This document shows, piece by piece, positions 45,260-55,683 of a stretch of DNA of 64,000 bases (position 1 is the first letter of the stretch; each line of letters begins with the position of its first letter). This stretch comes from Squalus acanthias (taxonomy: Eukaryota), in contig CM059431.1 in the NCBI GenBank assembly GCA_030390025.1, positions 69,006,001 to 69,070,000 of the forward strand. Direction: 5' to 3'. Under the pieces are notes generated by a model that was not told where the DNA came from, did no database searches, and saw only the letters and a list, made by a program, of their open reading frames with translations. A program made the position numbers and the translations under genes.

Positions 45260-47179
45260 GCTGTCAGGAGATGCATCAACGCCAGATTCATCAGCCGCAC
45301 TCACAAGACAGTCCAGAATGTCACCCGAGCACAACGCAACGCCATCCATGCTCTCAAGACCAACCGCAACATCGTCATCAAACCAGCGGACAAAGGAGGA
45401 GCCATCATCATACAGAACAGAATGGACTATTGCAAAGAAGCATACCGACAACTGGACAACCAGGAACACTACAGACAGTTACCCGCAGATCCGACCAAAG
45501 AACACACCCGCCAACTCAATAGACTGATCAAGACCTTCGATCCAGACCTTCATAGCATCCTACACGCTCTCATCCCACGTACTCCCCGCGTGGGAGACTT
45601 CTACTGCCTCCCAAAGATACACAAAGCCAACACACCCGGACGTCCTATCGTATCAGGCAACGGAACCCTGTGTGAGAACCTCTCTGGATACGTCGAGGGC
45701 ATCCTGAAACCCATCGTACAGGGAACCCCCAGCTTCTGTCGCGACACTACAGACTTCTTACAGAAACTCGGCACTCACGGACCAGTTGAACCAGGAACAC
45801 TCCTCGCCACGATGAACGTCTCGGCACTCTACACCAGTATCCCCCACGATGACGGCATCGCTGCGACAGCCTCAGTACTCAACACCAACAACAGCCAATC
45901 TCCAGACGCCATCCTACAACTCATCCGCTTCATCCTTGACCACAATGTCTTCACCTTCGACAACCAGTTTTTTGCCCAAACACACGGAACAGCCATGGGG
46001 ACCAAATTCGCTCCCCAATACGCCAACATCTTCATGCATAAGTTCGAGCAAGACTTCTTCGCTGCACAGGACCTCCAACCAACGCTATACACCAGATACA
46101 TCGACGACATTTTCTTCCTATGGACCCACAGCAAAGAATCACTGAAAAGACTACACGATAACATCAACAAGTTCCATCCCACCATCAAACACACCATGGA
46201 CTACTCCTCAGAATCGGTTTCATTCTTGGACACACGAATCTCCATCAAAGACGGACACCTCAGCACTTCACTCTACCGCAAGCCCACGGACAACCTCACG
46301 ATGCTCCACTTCTCCAGCTTCCACCCTAACCACGTTAAAGAAGCCATCCCCTATGGACAAGCCCTGCGAATACACAGGATCTGCTCAGACGAGGAGGAAC
46401 GCGATGGACACCTACAGACGCTGAAAGACGCCCTCGTAAGAACGGGATATGACGCTCGACTTGTCGATCGACAGTTCCGACGGGCCACAGCGAAAAATCG
46501 CATAGACCTCCTCAGAAGACAAACACGGGACACAACCAACAGAGTACCCTACGTCGTCCAGTACTTCCCCGGAGCGGAGAAACTACGCCATGTTCTTCGC
46601 AGCCTTCAACATGTCATCGATGACGACGAACACCTCGCTAAGGCCATCCCCACGCCTCCACTACTCGCCTTCAAACAGCCGCCTAACCTCAAACAGACCA
46701 TCGTTCGCAGCAAATTACCCAGCTTTCAGGAGAACAGCGACCACGACACCACACAACCCTGCCACGGCAACCTCTGCAAGACATGCCAGATCATCAACAC
46801 AGACACCATCATCACACGTGAGGACACCACCCACCAGGTACATGGTACATACTCATGTGACTCGGCCAACGTTGTCTACCTCATACGTTGCAGGAAAGGA
46901 GGCCCCGGAGCATGGTACATCGGCGAGACCATGCAGACACTGCGACAACGTATGAACGGACACCGCGCAACAATCGCCAGGCAGGAGTGTTCCCTCCCAG
47001 TCGGGGAACACTTCAGCAGTCAAGGACATTCAGCCTCGGATCTGCGGGTTAGCGTTCTCCAAGGCGGCCTTCGAGACACACGACAACGCAAAATCGTCGA
47101 GCAGAAACTGATAGCCAAGTTCCGCACCCATGCGGACAGCCTCAACCGGGATCTTGGGTTCATGTCACGCTACATGTAA
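45260..47179 (+). CDS. Penelope-like reverse transcriptase plus GIY-YIG endonuclease (open frame begins upstream of the first ATG at 45422)
   Basis: IKPADKG, FYCLPKIHK...GRPIVS, SALYTSIP, GTAMG and RYIDD motifs; CxxxxCxxC Zn motif; VVYLIRC...WYIGET; no stops over ~640 codons. Confidence 0.93.
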   Translation, partial: AVRRCINARFISRTHKTVQNVTRAQRNAIHALKTNRNIVIKPADKGGAIIIQNRMDYCKEAYRQLDNQEHYRQLPADPTKEHTRQLNRLIKTFDPDLHSILHALIPRTPRVGDFYCLPKIHKANTPGRPIVSGNGTLCENLSGYVEGILKPIVQGTPSFCRDTTDFLQKLGTHGPVEPGTLLATMNVSALYTSIPHDDGIAATASVLNTNNSQSPDAILQLIRFILDHNVFTFDNQFFAQTHGTAMGTKFAPQYANIFMHKFEQDFFAAQDLQPTLYTRYIDDIFFLWTHSKESLKRLHDNINKFHPTIKHTMDYSSESVSFLDTRISIKDGHLSTSLYRKPTDNLTMLHFSSFHPNHVKEAIPYGQALRIHRICSDEEERDGHLQTLKDALVRTGYDARLVDRQFRRATAKNRIDLLRRQTRDTTNRVPYVVQYFPGAEKLRHVLRSLQHVIDDDEHLAKAIPTPPLLAFKQPPNLKQTIVRSKLPSFQENSDHDTTQPCHGNLCKTCQIINTDTIITREDTTHQVHGTYSCDSANVVYLIRCRKGGPGAWYIGETMQTLRQRMNGHRATIARQECSLPVGEHFSSQGHSASDLRVSVLQGGLRDTRQRKIVEQKLIAKFRTHADSLNRDLGFMSRYM

Positions 47180-47465
47180 CCCCACTCGAGTCGTCGTTGG
47201 CTTGTTCTCTCTACACAGATGCGGCCGGACCTGCTGTGATTTCCAGCAAAAAAAGTTTTTTGTTTTCCATACAGACCCCAGCATCTGCCACATTGTCTTT
47301 GATGTAATGTTTTGCTGACTGACCTGTTTGGACACCATCCACACCTTTGATTGCCGTGATTATCTCTCTGCCGAGGTGTGATAAAGGGCAGTTGGAAAGA
47401 TTAACTGTAATCATCTGGCTGTGTTCTCTGACTATATATGCTGTGCCTATATGTATCTCTTCACT

Positions 47466-47502
47466 TCACCTGACGAAGGAGCAGCGCTCCGAAAGCTTGT
47501 GA
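47466..47502 (+). ncRNA. Minimal type-I hammerhead ribozyme motif in the Penelope terminal repeat
   Basis: TCAC-CTGACGA-A-GGAGC-AGC-GCTCC-GAAA-GCTT-GTGA: intact CUGANGA/GAAA core, helix I TCAC/GTGA, palindromic AAGCTT helix III. Confidence 0.82.
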
Positions 47503-47599
47503 TTTCAAATAAAACTGTTGGACTATAACCTGGTGTTGTGCGACTTCTCACATTTGTCCACCCCAGTCCAACACCGGCATCTCCACATCACAACTGAGC

Positions 47600-48994
47600 T
47601 AGCACCTACACCACCCTCTTGGATACCCTATCCACTGCCTGTACAAATGTCTGATGCTTTGCAAGCATCTTCTTTTAAATGATGGACTCTTGGATCTGGA
47701 TACCAGATTCACAGCTGAGGGCTGAGAGCGGTTTCTTATTCCTCCAGCTAGTGATGACTGCCTACTTATCTTCCACCTCAGCTCCTCCTAGCCACTTGTG
47801 CTCGGTGTGTCACCATGTGAAATCTCCTGTCTCATTAACTAACCCTTCTGGGTAGGTACTTCACGGCTGGTACTTGTAAGGGAGAGATGCAGTGATGGAA
47901 TAGGTGAGCAAGGGCTGGGTGATGCTGTTGCAGAGAGATACCTAGGAGGGTAAAAAAATAAGAGAAGTTAGCTGGGGTAGATGAGCTGCACAATGAGCAT
48001 TTCACTTTAGGAAGAAGTTCTGAGCTTAAACATTCACAAGGTTTTGTGATGACTGGCTGGATTTGAGCAGCAGGAACTGAAGAGGCATGATACAAGGAGC
48101 TTCCTGACCTACCTGCAATCGCTGTCTTCCACTGCTTCCCCGAATGCCTGCCCAAGAGTTCTAGGGCTTCTTCCTCCTAAGGAGTGAGAGGCTGGAGTTT
48201 AGCGGTTTCTCTACCAGTGGCAGCTCCTTCTCTTTGGTTATGTGCCCTCTGCTTGCCATCATATGGCATTCAACCAGATGGGATTAAGCATTCCCTATTC
48301 AAATGACAACAGATGCAGAAAATGAGAAAGTACATAGATGTCTGTTTCACTGCTTCCCTACAGTTAGGCTGTACAGTGAAGGAACACTTACTGAGGAAAG
48401 AAGGGGATGTGAACTGTCTCATGGTCCGTCATGGATATTTTATGGAATTCGTATGTGGAGTTCAAGATAGGGAAGGCAAGGTAGTTGGAAATGTAAAACT
48501 TGTTGATAATTTTGCATTGGTTCACGTTGTGAACTTCTGCCATTACAGGGAGTTACTGCCAAGGTCGCCACCTTCTCACTGGGCCTAGACCATGCTCTTT
48601 GTGAACAGCCTTCCATCTGTGCCAAAGATCTGAATTCTATTTTGTTGGATTTCAACAATTCCGCTTCAGCTGAAGAGTGCATAGATTTGGGGCTTGGTGC
48701 CCTAAAGACCCACTAGCCTTCAGACATTGTAATACTCCAATTGTCACTGACAGAAAATGGCTGTTTGGGACCTTTAATCTGCTATAGCTATTTAAATCCT
48801 GCTGCAGCAGCACTGGATTTCTCTCCACGCATTATCTGAGCTCTCAGTAACGGGTGCAAACAGTGCTGGGAGCACGCCCACAATATTAAAATAAGGTTGA
48901 CCCAGGGATATAGGAAGTGGGCACACGGGCAGGAAGAAGTGCAGTCCCATTGCATTTCTGGTTTATAAGCCAGCCTTGTTGGAAATTATAGCCC
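47600..48994 (-). mobile_element. Highly decayed Harbinger-like element (Myb-gene side); probably continues at 44870-45255
   Basis: TIR-like GGAAATTATAGCCC (48981-48994); faint Myb-like peptide remnants at 48480-48710. Confidence 0.35.
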
Positions 48995-49529
48995 AGGTTG
49001 TCATGTATCATCTAGGTAGTTCCACAGGAGCAGGAGCATGGTAAAAACTACAATTCCCATAACACAAACTTTTCACATAGATAATTTGTCACAGGTGCTA
49101 GAAATCCCCAGTCGAGCAACCCAAGTAGTCAATTTTGCCAATACCCGGGTTCCTTATATAGAGAGATATCAGGTGAGAGTTAATGTAAATAACCTTTGCA
49201 GACAGCAGTCAACAATAGATGTTCTAGGCACAGTGGCCAAAACAGCTGTCAGAACAGTGTCATCTGCTGCTTTGCTGATGTACCCAACTTCAGAAAAACT
49301 GCTGCCAACTGTGTACCAAACGTCCGGTAATATTTTCCTGTCTCGGGCTTTTCCAGATTAGGCCCAAGTCAGTTAGAAGTAGTGGCTTCCATTAAAATCA
49401 ATAGAGTCATTATGGGATGCACACAATCTATCTCTGTAGCATATATCACCAGAACTGCACAGGAGGAGATTAGAGACCTGTTAGGAAAGTCTCCATGAGG
49501 CCGAAATATGCAATTTAAAGTGAACACGA

Positions 49530-51460
49530 GGATCATAGAATAATAGAAATTTACAGCACAGAAGGAGGCCATTCGGCCCATCTTGTCCATGCCGGCCGAC
49601 AAAGAGCTATCCAGCCTAATCCCACGTTCCAGCACTTGGTCTGTATCCTTGTAGGTTACGGCACTTCAGGTGCATATCCAAGTACTTTTTAAATGTGATG
49701 ATGGTTTCTGCCTCTACCACCCTTTCAGGCAGTGAGTTCCAGACCCCCACCACACTCTGGGTGAAAAAATTTCTCCTCAAATCCCTTCTAAACCTCCTAC
49801 CAATTACTTTAAATCTATGCCCCCTGGTTATCGACCCCTCTGCTAAGGGAAATAGCTCCTTCCTATCCACTCTATCTAGGCCCCTCATAATTTTATACAC
49901 CTCAATTAGGTCTCCCCTCAGCCTCCTCTGTTCCAAAGAAAACAACCCCTGTCTATCCAATCTTTCCTCATAGCTAAAATTCTCCAGCCCAGGCAACATC
50001 CTCGTAAATCTCCTCTGCACCCTCTCTCGTGCAATCACATCCTTCCTGTAATGTGGTGACCAGAACTGTATGCAATACTGCGGCCTAACTAGTGTTTTAT
50101 ACAAATGTGAGAAGTCGCACAACACCAGGTTATAGTCCAACAGCTTTATTTGAAATCACAAGCTTTCGGAGCGCTGCTCCTTCGTCAGGTGAAGGAGCAG
50201 CGCTCCGAAAGCTTGTGATTTCAAATAAAGCTGTTGGACTATAACCTGGTGTTGTGCGACTTCTCACATTTGTCCACCCCAGTCCAACACTGGCATCTCC
50301 ACATCATAGTGTTTTATACAGTTCAAGCATAACCTTCCTGCTCTTATATTCTATGCCTCGGCTAATAAAGGCAAGTATCCCGTATGCCTTCTTAACCACC
50401 TTATCTACCTGTCCTGCTACCTTCAGGGATCTGTGGACATGCACTCCAAGGTCGCTCTGATCCCCTGCACTTCTCGGTGTCCTACCATTTATTGTGTATT
50501 CCCTTGCCTTGTTAGCCCTCCCCAAATGCATTACCTCACACTTCTCTGGATTGAATTCCATTTGCCACTGTTCTGCCCATCTGATCAGTCCATTGATATC
50601 TTCCTGCAATCTACACCTTTCTTCTTCATTATCAACCACACGGACAATTTTTGTATCATCTGCAAATTTCTTAATCATACTTCCTACATTCAATCCAAAT
50701 CATTGATATATAGCTCAAAAAGCAAAGGACCCAATACTGAGCCCTGCGGAACCCCACTGGAAACAGCCTTCCAGTCACAAAAACACCCTTCGACCATTAC
50801 CCTTTGTTTCCTGCCTCTGAGCTAATTTCGGATCCAACTTGCCACTGTGCCTTGGATCCCATGGGCTTTTACTTTTGTGACCAGTCTGCCATGCGGGACC
50901 TTATCAAAAGCCTTGCTACAATCCATATAGACTACATCCAACGCACTACCCTCATCGACTCTCCTTGTTACTTCCTCAAAAAATTCAATCAAGTTAGTCA
51001 GACATGACCTTCCTTTAACAAATCCATGCTGACTGTCCTGATTAATCCATGTCTTTCTAAATGAAGATTTGTCCTGTCCCTCAGAATTTTTTCCAATAAT
51101 TTTCCCACCACCACGAGATTAGGCTGACTGACCTGTAATTACTCGGTCTATCCCTTTCTCCCTTTTTAAACAACGGTACCACATTAGCAGTCCTCCGGCA
51201 CCACATCTGTAGCCAGAGAGGATTGGAAAATGATGGTCAGAGCCTCTGCTTTTCCTCTCTTACTTCTCTTAACAGTCTGGGATACATTTCATCCGGGCCT
51301 GGGGATTTATCCACTTTCAAAGCTGCTAAGCCCCTTACTACTTCCTCTTTTGCTATGCCTATTTCATCTAATATTTCACACTCCTGCTCCCTGATTGCAA
51401 TTTCTGCATCGTCCCTCTCTTTTGTGCAAACAGACGCAAAGTATTCATTGAGAACATTAG
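49530..51460 (-). mobile_element. CR1 LINE, 5'-truncated, with nested Penelope palindrome
   Basis: KFADDTK (50304-50693), LYKTLVRP / LEQRRLRGDL (49616-50100), TTCTATGA-type tail at ~49533-49548. Confidence 0.93.
50104..50306. mobile_element. Penelope terminal-repeat-only palindromic insertion (same family as 45260-47590)
   Basis: 14-bp TSD TAGTGTTTTATACA (50090-50103, 50307-50320); perfect 83-bp inverted arms 50101-50183 / 50191-50273; hammerhead core complete on the - strand. Confidence 0.93.
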
Positions 51461-51608
51461 GTAATTTTTGTTTAAATGAAAAAGGTGAAAGTACTTTGTG
51501 AAGAAAATGCTCCCTCTAGTCTTTCCTTCTCCTTTGCTTAAGAACATTATTTAAATTCCACTTTATTTTGTTTTAAAGTATATTCTCTTGCTTTGATTGA
51601 TATATCAG

Positions 51609-51780
51609 AGACTCCTCATGTGAAGCAGAACTCCAGGAACTAATGCATCAAATTGATGTCATGGTGAACCGTAAAAAAGTAGAATGGGAACAACAGTCAC
51701 AAAGCCTTGAGACCCGGCTTGAAATGCGGGAGCTAGAACTGGCCAACATACGCACTTGTCTCGATAAGAAACACCATGAG
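51609..51780 (+). CDS. DEUP1: Second coding exon of the CEP63-family gene, probably DEUP1/CCDC67
   Basis: ATCAG|A...GAG|GTAAGA; encodes DSSCEAELQELMHQIDVMVNRKKVEWEQQSQSLETRLEMRELELANIRTCLDKKHHE. CEAELQELM.QID.MV is the CEP63/DEUP1 signature. LETRL and ELAN..TCLD.K match my recollection of DEUP1 better than CEP63. Family certain, paralog probable. Confidence 0.8.
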
Positions 51781-52579
51781 GTAAGACAGCAACTCCTGCA
51801 GACATTTGGATACATTCAGCGAGCAAAGGACCTTCCAGGTGGAAATCACAGTTGATTAGCTGTGAAAAATGAAAAAGAACTAATAATTTCAACAAGCTGT
51901 GTAGGATGTTTCAAAGTAATGTTGACTTAAGAATGTGACCTCCAAATTTACTGTAAGTACAGAGAGATTGGTGGACTCAGTAAGAAGGTTGTACTTTCAT
52001 TAGCAACTATGATGGTTCTTAAACACAAACCGAGTAGCACAAGAGTGCAGCAAGCAGGTACTGCTCATGTAAGTGCAAAATAGAAAGTAGTTTGCAGTTG
52101 AGAAGATATGTTTGCTAGATAATTTCATGTATAACTTTCAGAATTATTAGTTGGCTTAATCTTTAATGTGTTGAAAACAACATTATTTAATCTCCAAAAG
52201 GATAATTACTACTTTTGAACACATTTTGGAAGCAATGTTATGTTGCAGTAAAATAAAATATGTTGTACTACTGTTAAATTAGACCCACCGACTGCTTGGA
52301 GTGGATATTTAGAATTTATTTTTGCACACTGTCCTGACATACTTGAACTAAAATCTGACCATTCTGGAAATGCTTTTTAGTCTGCCTCAAAAATAATTAG
52401 TGTAAAAATGGCCTTGCATTTGTAATCTGAACAGGTGCTTCTACTAGGTTTTCAAGAGTTCATTAGCTTGGAGCTACAGATATAATTTGAAACCCGGTTT
52501 GCCACCGTGTACTTTGTTCTGAAGCAAGGAGTAACATATTTACCTTCCACACAAAGCTGTATATTTTAAGACTTGTTAG

Positions 52580-54520
52580 GTGGGATTTTCCTTACTGGCA
52601 TGATTGCGATGGAAGTGTAGCAGGGTGGGACTCCCTCCCACTTGACACACTTTGTGTTGACCCCAAAGAATTTTCCAGGGTCAACACCTAGTGGTGTCCA
52701 TGTCTATGACTGGGAGGCAGGGGGTGGTGTTGGAGAGTGGCACGCAGTGCAGGATTTAAATACCTCCAAGAGCTTAAAGGGCCAGGCATCTCTGAGAGCA
52801 CTTTTAACTACAGGGATGGGAAAACTTCCTCAATGGCAGAATGGGAAGCCTGTGGATGGCAAACATCAACATTTTCAGAGACAGCAATCAAGGTCTTGCA
52901 TGAAATGTGGATAAGGAGAAATAACTTCTTTAGGGCATGGGAAAGGAGGCCAGCTCTAGGAACTGCCCAGGCACAGTGCAGGGAGGTTATCACCTACATG
53001 ACCCCAGATGGCTATTCATGAAAATGAATGACCTGACCAAGTCAGATGAGACAAGAAAGAGTATACCACACCTTCCAAGAATGTATTATATTAATCATGA
53101 TTGCCACTTCCCTTCACCACATTGAAGGGTGTCAGTAATGTCCAAGAGGATCCATGGGGCACTTTACGCCTCTAATATCTATTCCTTTATTCGCAGCCTG
53201 ACCTGCATGTAACTCACTAAAAGCCTCACATGGTATGTAATTACTTGTTGCGTGCATGCCCATTATAGTCTGCCTGCTGGGTTTAACTGCAGTTTTTGCA
53301 TTCTTCTTAAAGGATCTCTCTCATGTTCACTACATGAGCGAGATTAGGTGCACAAGATGCAGCTGTCTCTCAAGATAGCCTGCACATTTGGCAGAAAGAG
53401 GGCAGGGTAGGCTACCCATACAGCAGGATAAGAAGTGCAGTCCATAGCTGATAAACCTCAAAATTTAGCTGTCATGAGACAAAGGTCACTTCAGTCCCCA
53501 GAGGCTATTATTGAGACATAGCAGTCAGCCACCTTGCATTCTTCTGCCACTATACCACCTTGGATGAGCACTAGTTTAGCTTTAAGCGTTCATAAGTCAC
53601 AGACTGGTACCAAAGGCAATCGCAGTGGTAGGAGAAAGTTGACAGGCACACATAAGCGGGTTGTAAATATAATTCCGAGCACCAAAGTTGTACTGAGTGC
53701 TGACATTGTTTTTGGGAAAGATTTGGATGAGGTGGCATGAATGGCAGCTGTGTGAATTGATGGATGCAGAGAAGCATCTGTAGATTATGGCTCGTTGATG
53801 ATGGAAAAGTGGAAGATGTAGACAAGATTGTTCAGGCAGTGGGCAGATGTGGTAGTCAAGAGAAGATTTCCTATATCAGATTGGCACAAATGTTTCTTGC
53901 AAACAGTAACTGGTTGTTCTCTACATCCTCTTCATGCTGCTATTGATCATTAGCATGATCCCTTAGCTGCCCTTCAGCACCTTCCTTCTTCATGCCCTCC
54001 ATGTGGAGGTCTCTTTGCATGCAACACATCATCCCTATTCTTCAGACCCTAATTGGAACATATTGCAGAGTATCCTTGAAGCGATCCAGTGACCTGAAGC
54101 AAGCCTTCAAAGTTCCAATGTTGTGTTCAATGATGGCTCTGATGGCAGATTGAATCTTGTTATAGAGGTGCACAACTAGTGTCCTTGGAAAGTGCACAGA
54201 TGTCATCAGCCATGGCTGTAAAGGATGGCCTTGATCTCTTAGGAGCCACACACAGCCTTTCTGTTTGAAAGTAGGGTGGCATGGTGGATTGTCTTAAAAT
54301 GAAGACATGGTGGCTGACTAGAAAGCAAGTGTTTGCTTGCAAGACGTGATGCTGGTCAGAAACAAGCTGGACAATGAGCAAGTGGAAACCTTTCCTTTTG
54401 ATATAGATGCTGAGATTGATGAAAGAGGCATGTATGGTCATGTGGGTGTGATCTATGACTTCTTGTACTTTGGGAAATCCTAATTCAATGCCCTGTTACA
54501 ATGTTGCCTGTTGTTCATGT
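52580..54520. mobile_element. Very old two-gene Harbinger copy (Myb-like +, transposase -)
   Basis: KRKGFHLLIVQLVSD...FILRQS and WLLRDQGHPLQPWLMT...IIEHNIGTLKACFRSLD (54042-54441); Myb-like STFSETAIKVL... near 52826-53050. Confidence 0.7.
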
Positions 54521-55683
54521 GGAAGGGGGCTGGAATTTGGAGTGGAACCAAGTTCAACAGTGATTCTGCCCCATTTAGACTGGCCTTTCATATTCTGGTA
54601 GAGGGGACGTGGGTGGATCTCCTGTCTGCCGCCTCCTCCCCACCCCACCCCCAAACAGTAAGGGGGCCATGATGTTGGGGTGGCAAAAGTCTTGGGCTTC
54701 GCTGGGAAATACCGCTCTTGAAAGGAGTGAACGGAACTCATGCCCAAATCATTAATCAATCCCAGAGGGAATCAATTACCTTGTCTGAAGGCTGATTACC
54801 TTGTTTGCTGAAGACTGGGAAAAAAACATTTTGGCCCCATTGTGTCTAGGGGGACCTTAGGCAAAGTAGCTGTGGATCACTCAGTCTTACAAGGACGGAT
54901 TGGTGCAGGCATCGGTAATGCACCCTTGCAGGCATTGTCAGCCTATCCCAGCCATGTAAATAGCGCTGTATCCAGGATTTGGGACAGGGTCTCCAGCCCA
55001 GGTCTAGGGCGGGCAAGGTTCTGGTCAGGTGCACATGCGCCAGCAGAGTGAACCCCCAGGAACTTTAGGGCAGTTGTGTTTTGGTTTTCCTATTTTTACT
55101 CTTTTTTTTTTCTGTCTCATTTTTCTTTGTTTTTCCATTTGTCTTCTGTTTGCCCCCTTTTCCTTTCTTTGGGCTGGATTTTACCAGCCCTGAGGAGGCG
55201 GGTTTGAAGGCGGGACTGGTGGGAAAATTGGAAAAAATGATCCCGCCGTCAACCTGCTCCGCGCAACTTTGCCAGAGGCGGGCTTCCAGAGTCAGTTTCG
55301 GTCGCGCCTCCAAGTGGCGGGATAGGCCCTTAAGGCACTTAACTACCAATTAAGTACCTCTATAATCCCATTTTGAGAGGCCTTTCAAATTTTGTCACAT
55401 TTCCGGCGTGCTGCACGTCTCTCCTGAAACACGCCAGCTAATCCTGTCAGGTTGACAAGTGGCTGGCTTCCTAATAGCTGCAGCTCCACCATAAAAACGG
55501 AGCTCTCAACAAGGATCAGTTGCAGGTGGCAGAACTTTGTTTTCTCAGGTCTTTGAGAACTTTTTGCAGGTCCACTGATCTTGGAAGTGGTAAAGCTGAG
55601 ATCCATCTCCACTGTGACCTCCTGGGATAACCCTCTCCCCACATTGACTGAGCGCTTCCTCAACGGAGATATCTACCAGCAGC

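Larger units (their letters stand above)
45260..47590 (+). mobile_element. Young Penelope-like retroelement, 5'-truncated, with 3' terminal repeat
   Basis: Intact RT + GIY-YIG frame followed by a 3' UTR and hammerhead-containing repeat ending CATCTCCACATCA, the same end as at 50306. Confidence 0.95.

Noticed and set aside
45248-47603. TSD for the large Penelope element (CAACTAAGGTAAGC vs CAACTGAGCTAGC)
   Set aside because: Too many mismatches for such a young insertion; not accepted as a TSD.
49038-49361. 107-aa ATG-initiated ORF in intron 2
   Set aside because: No recognisable homology or convincing splice sites; more likely a chance ORF in decayed repeat sequence.
51609-51780. Calling the gene CEP63
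   Set aside because: Not excluded, but the ELAN..TCLD and LETRL residues and the lack of a head-to-head ANAPC13 favour DEUP1; phylogeny is needed.
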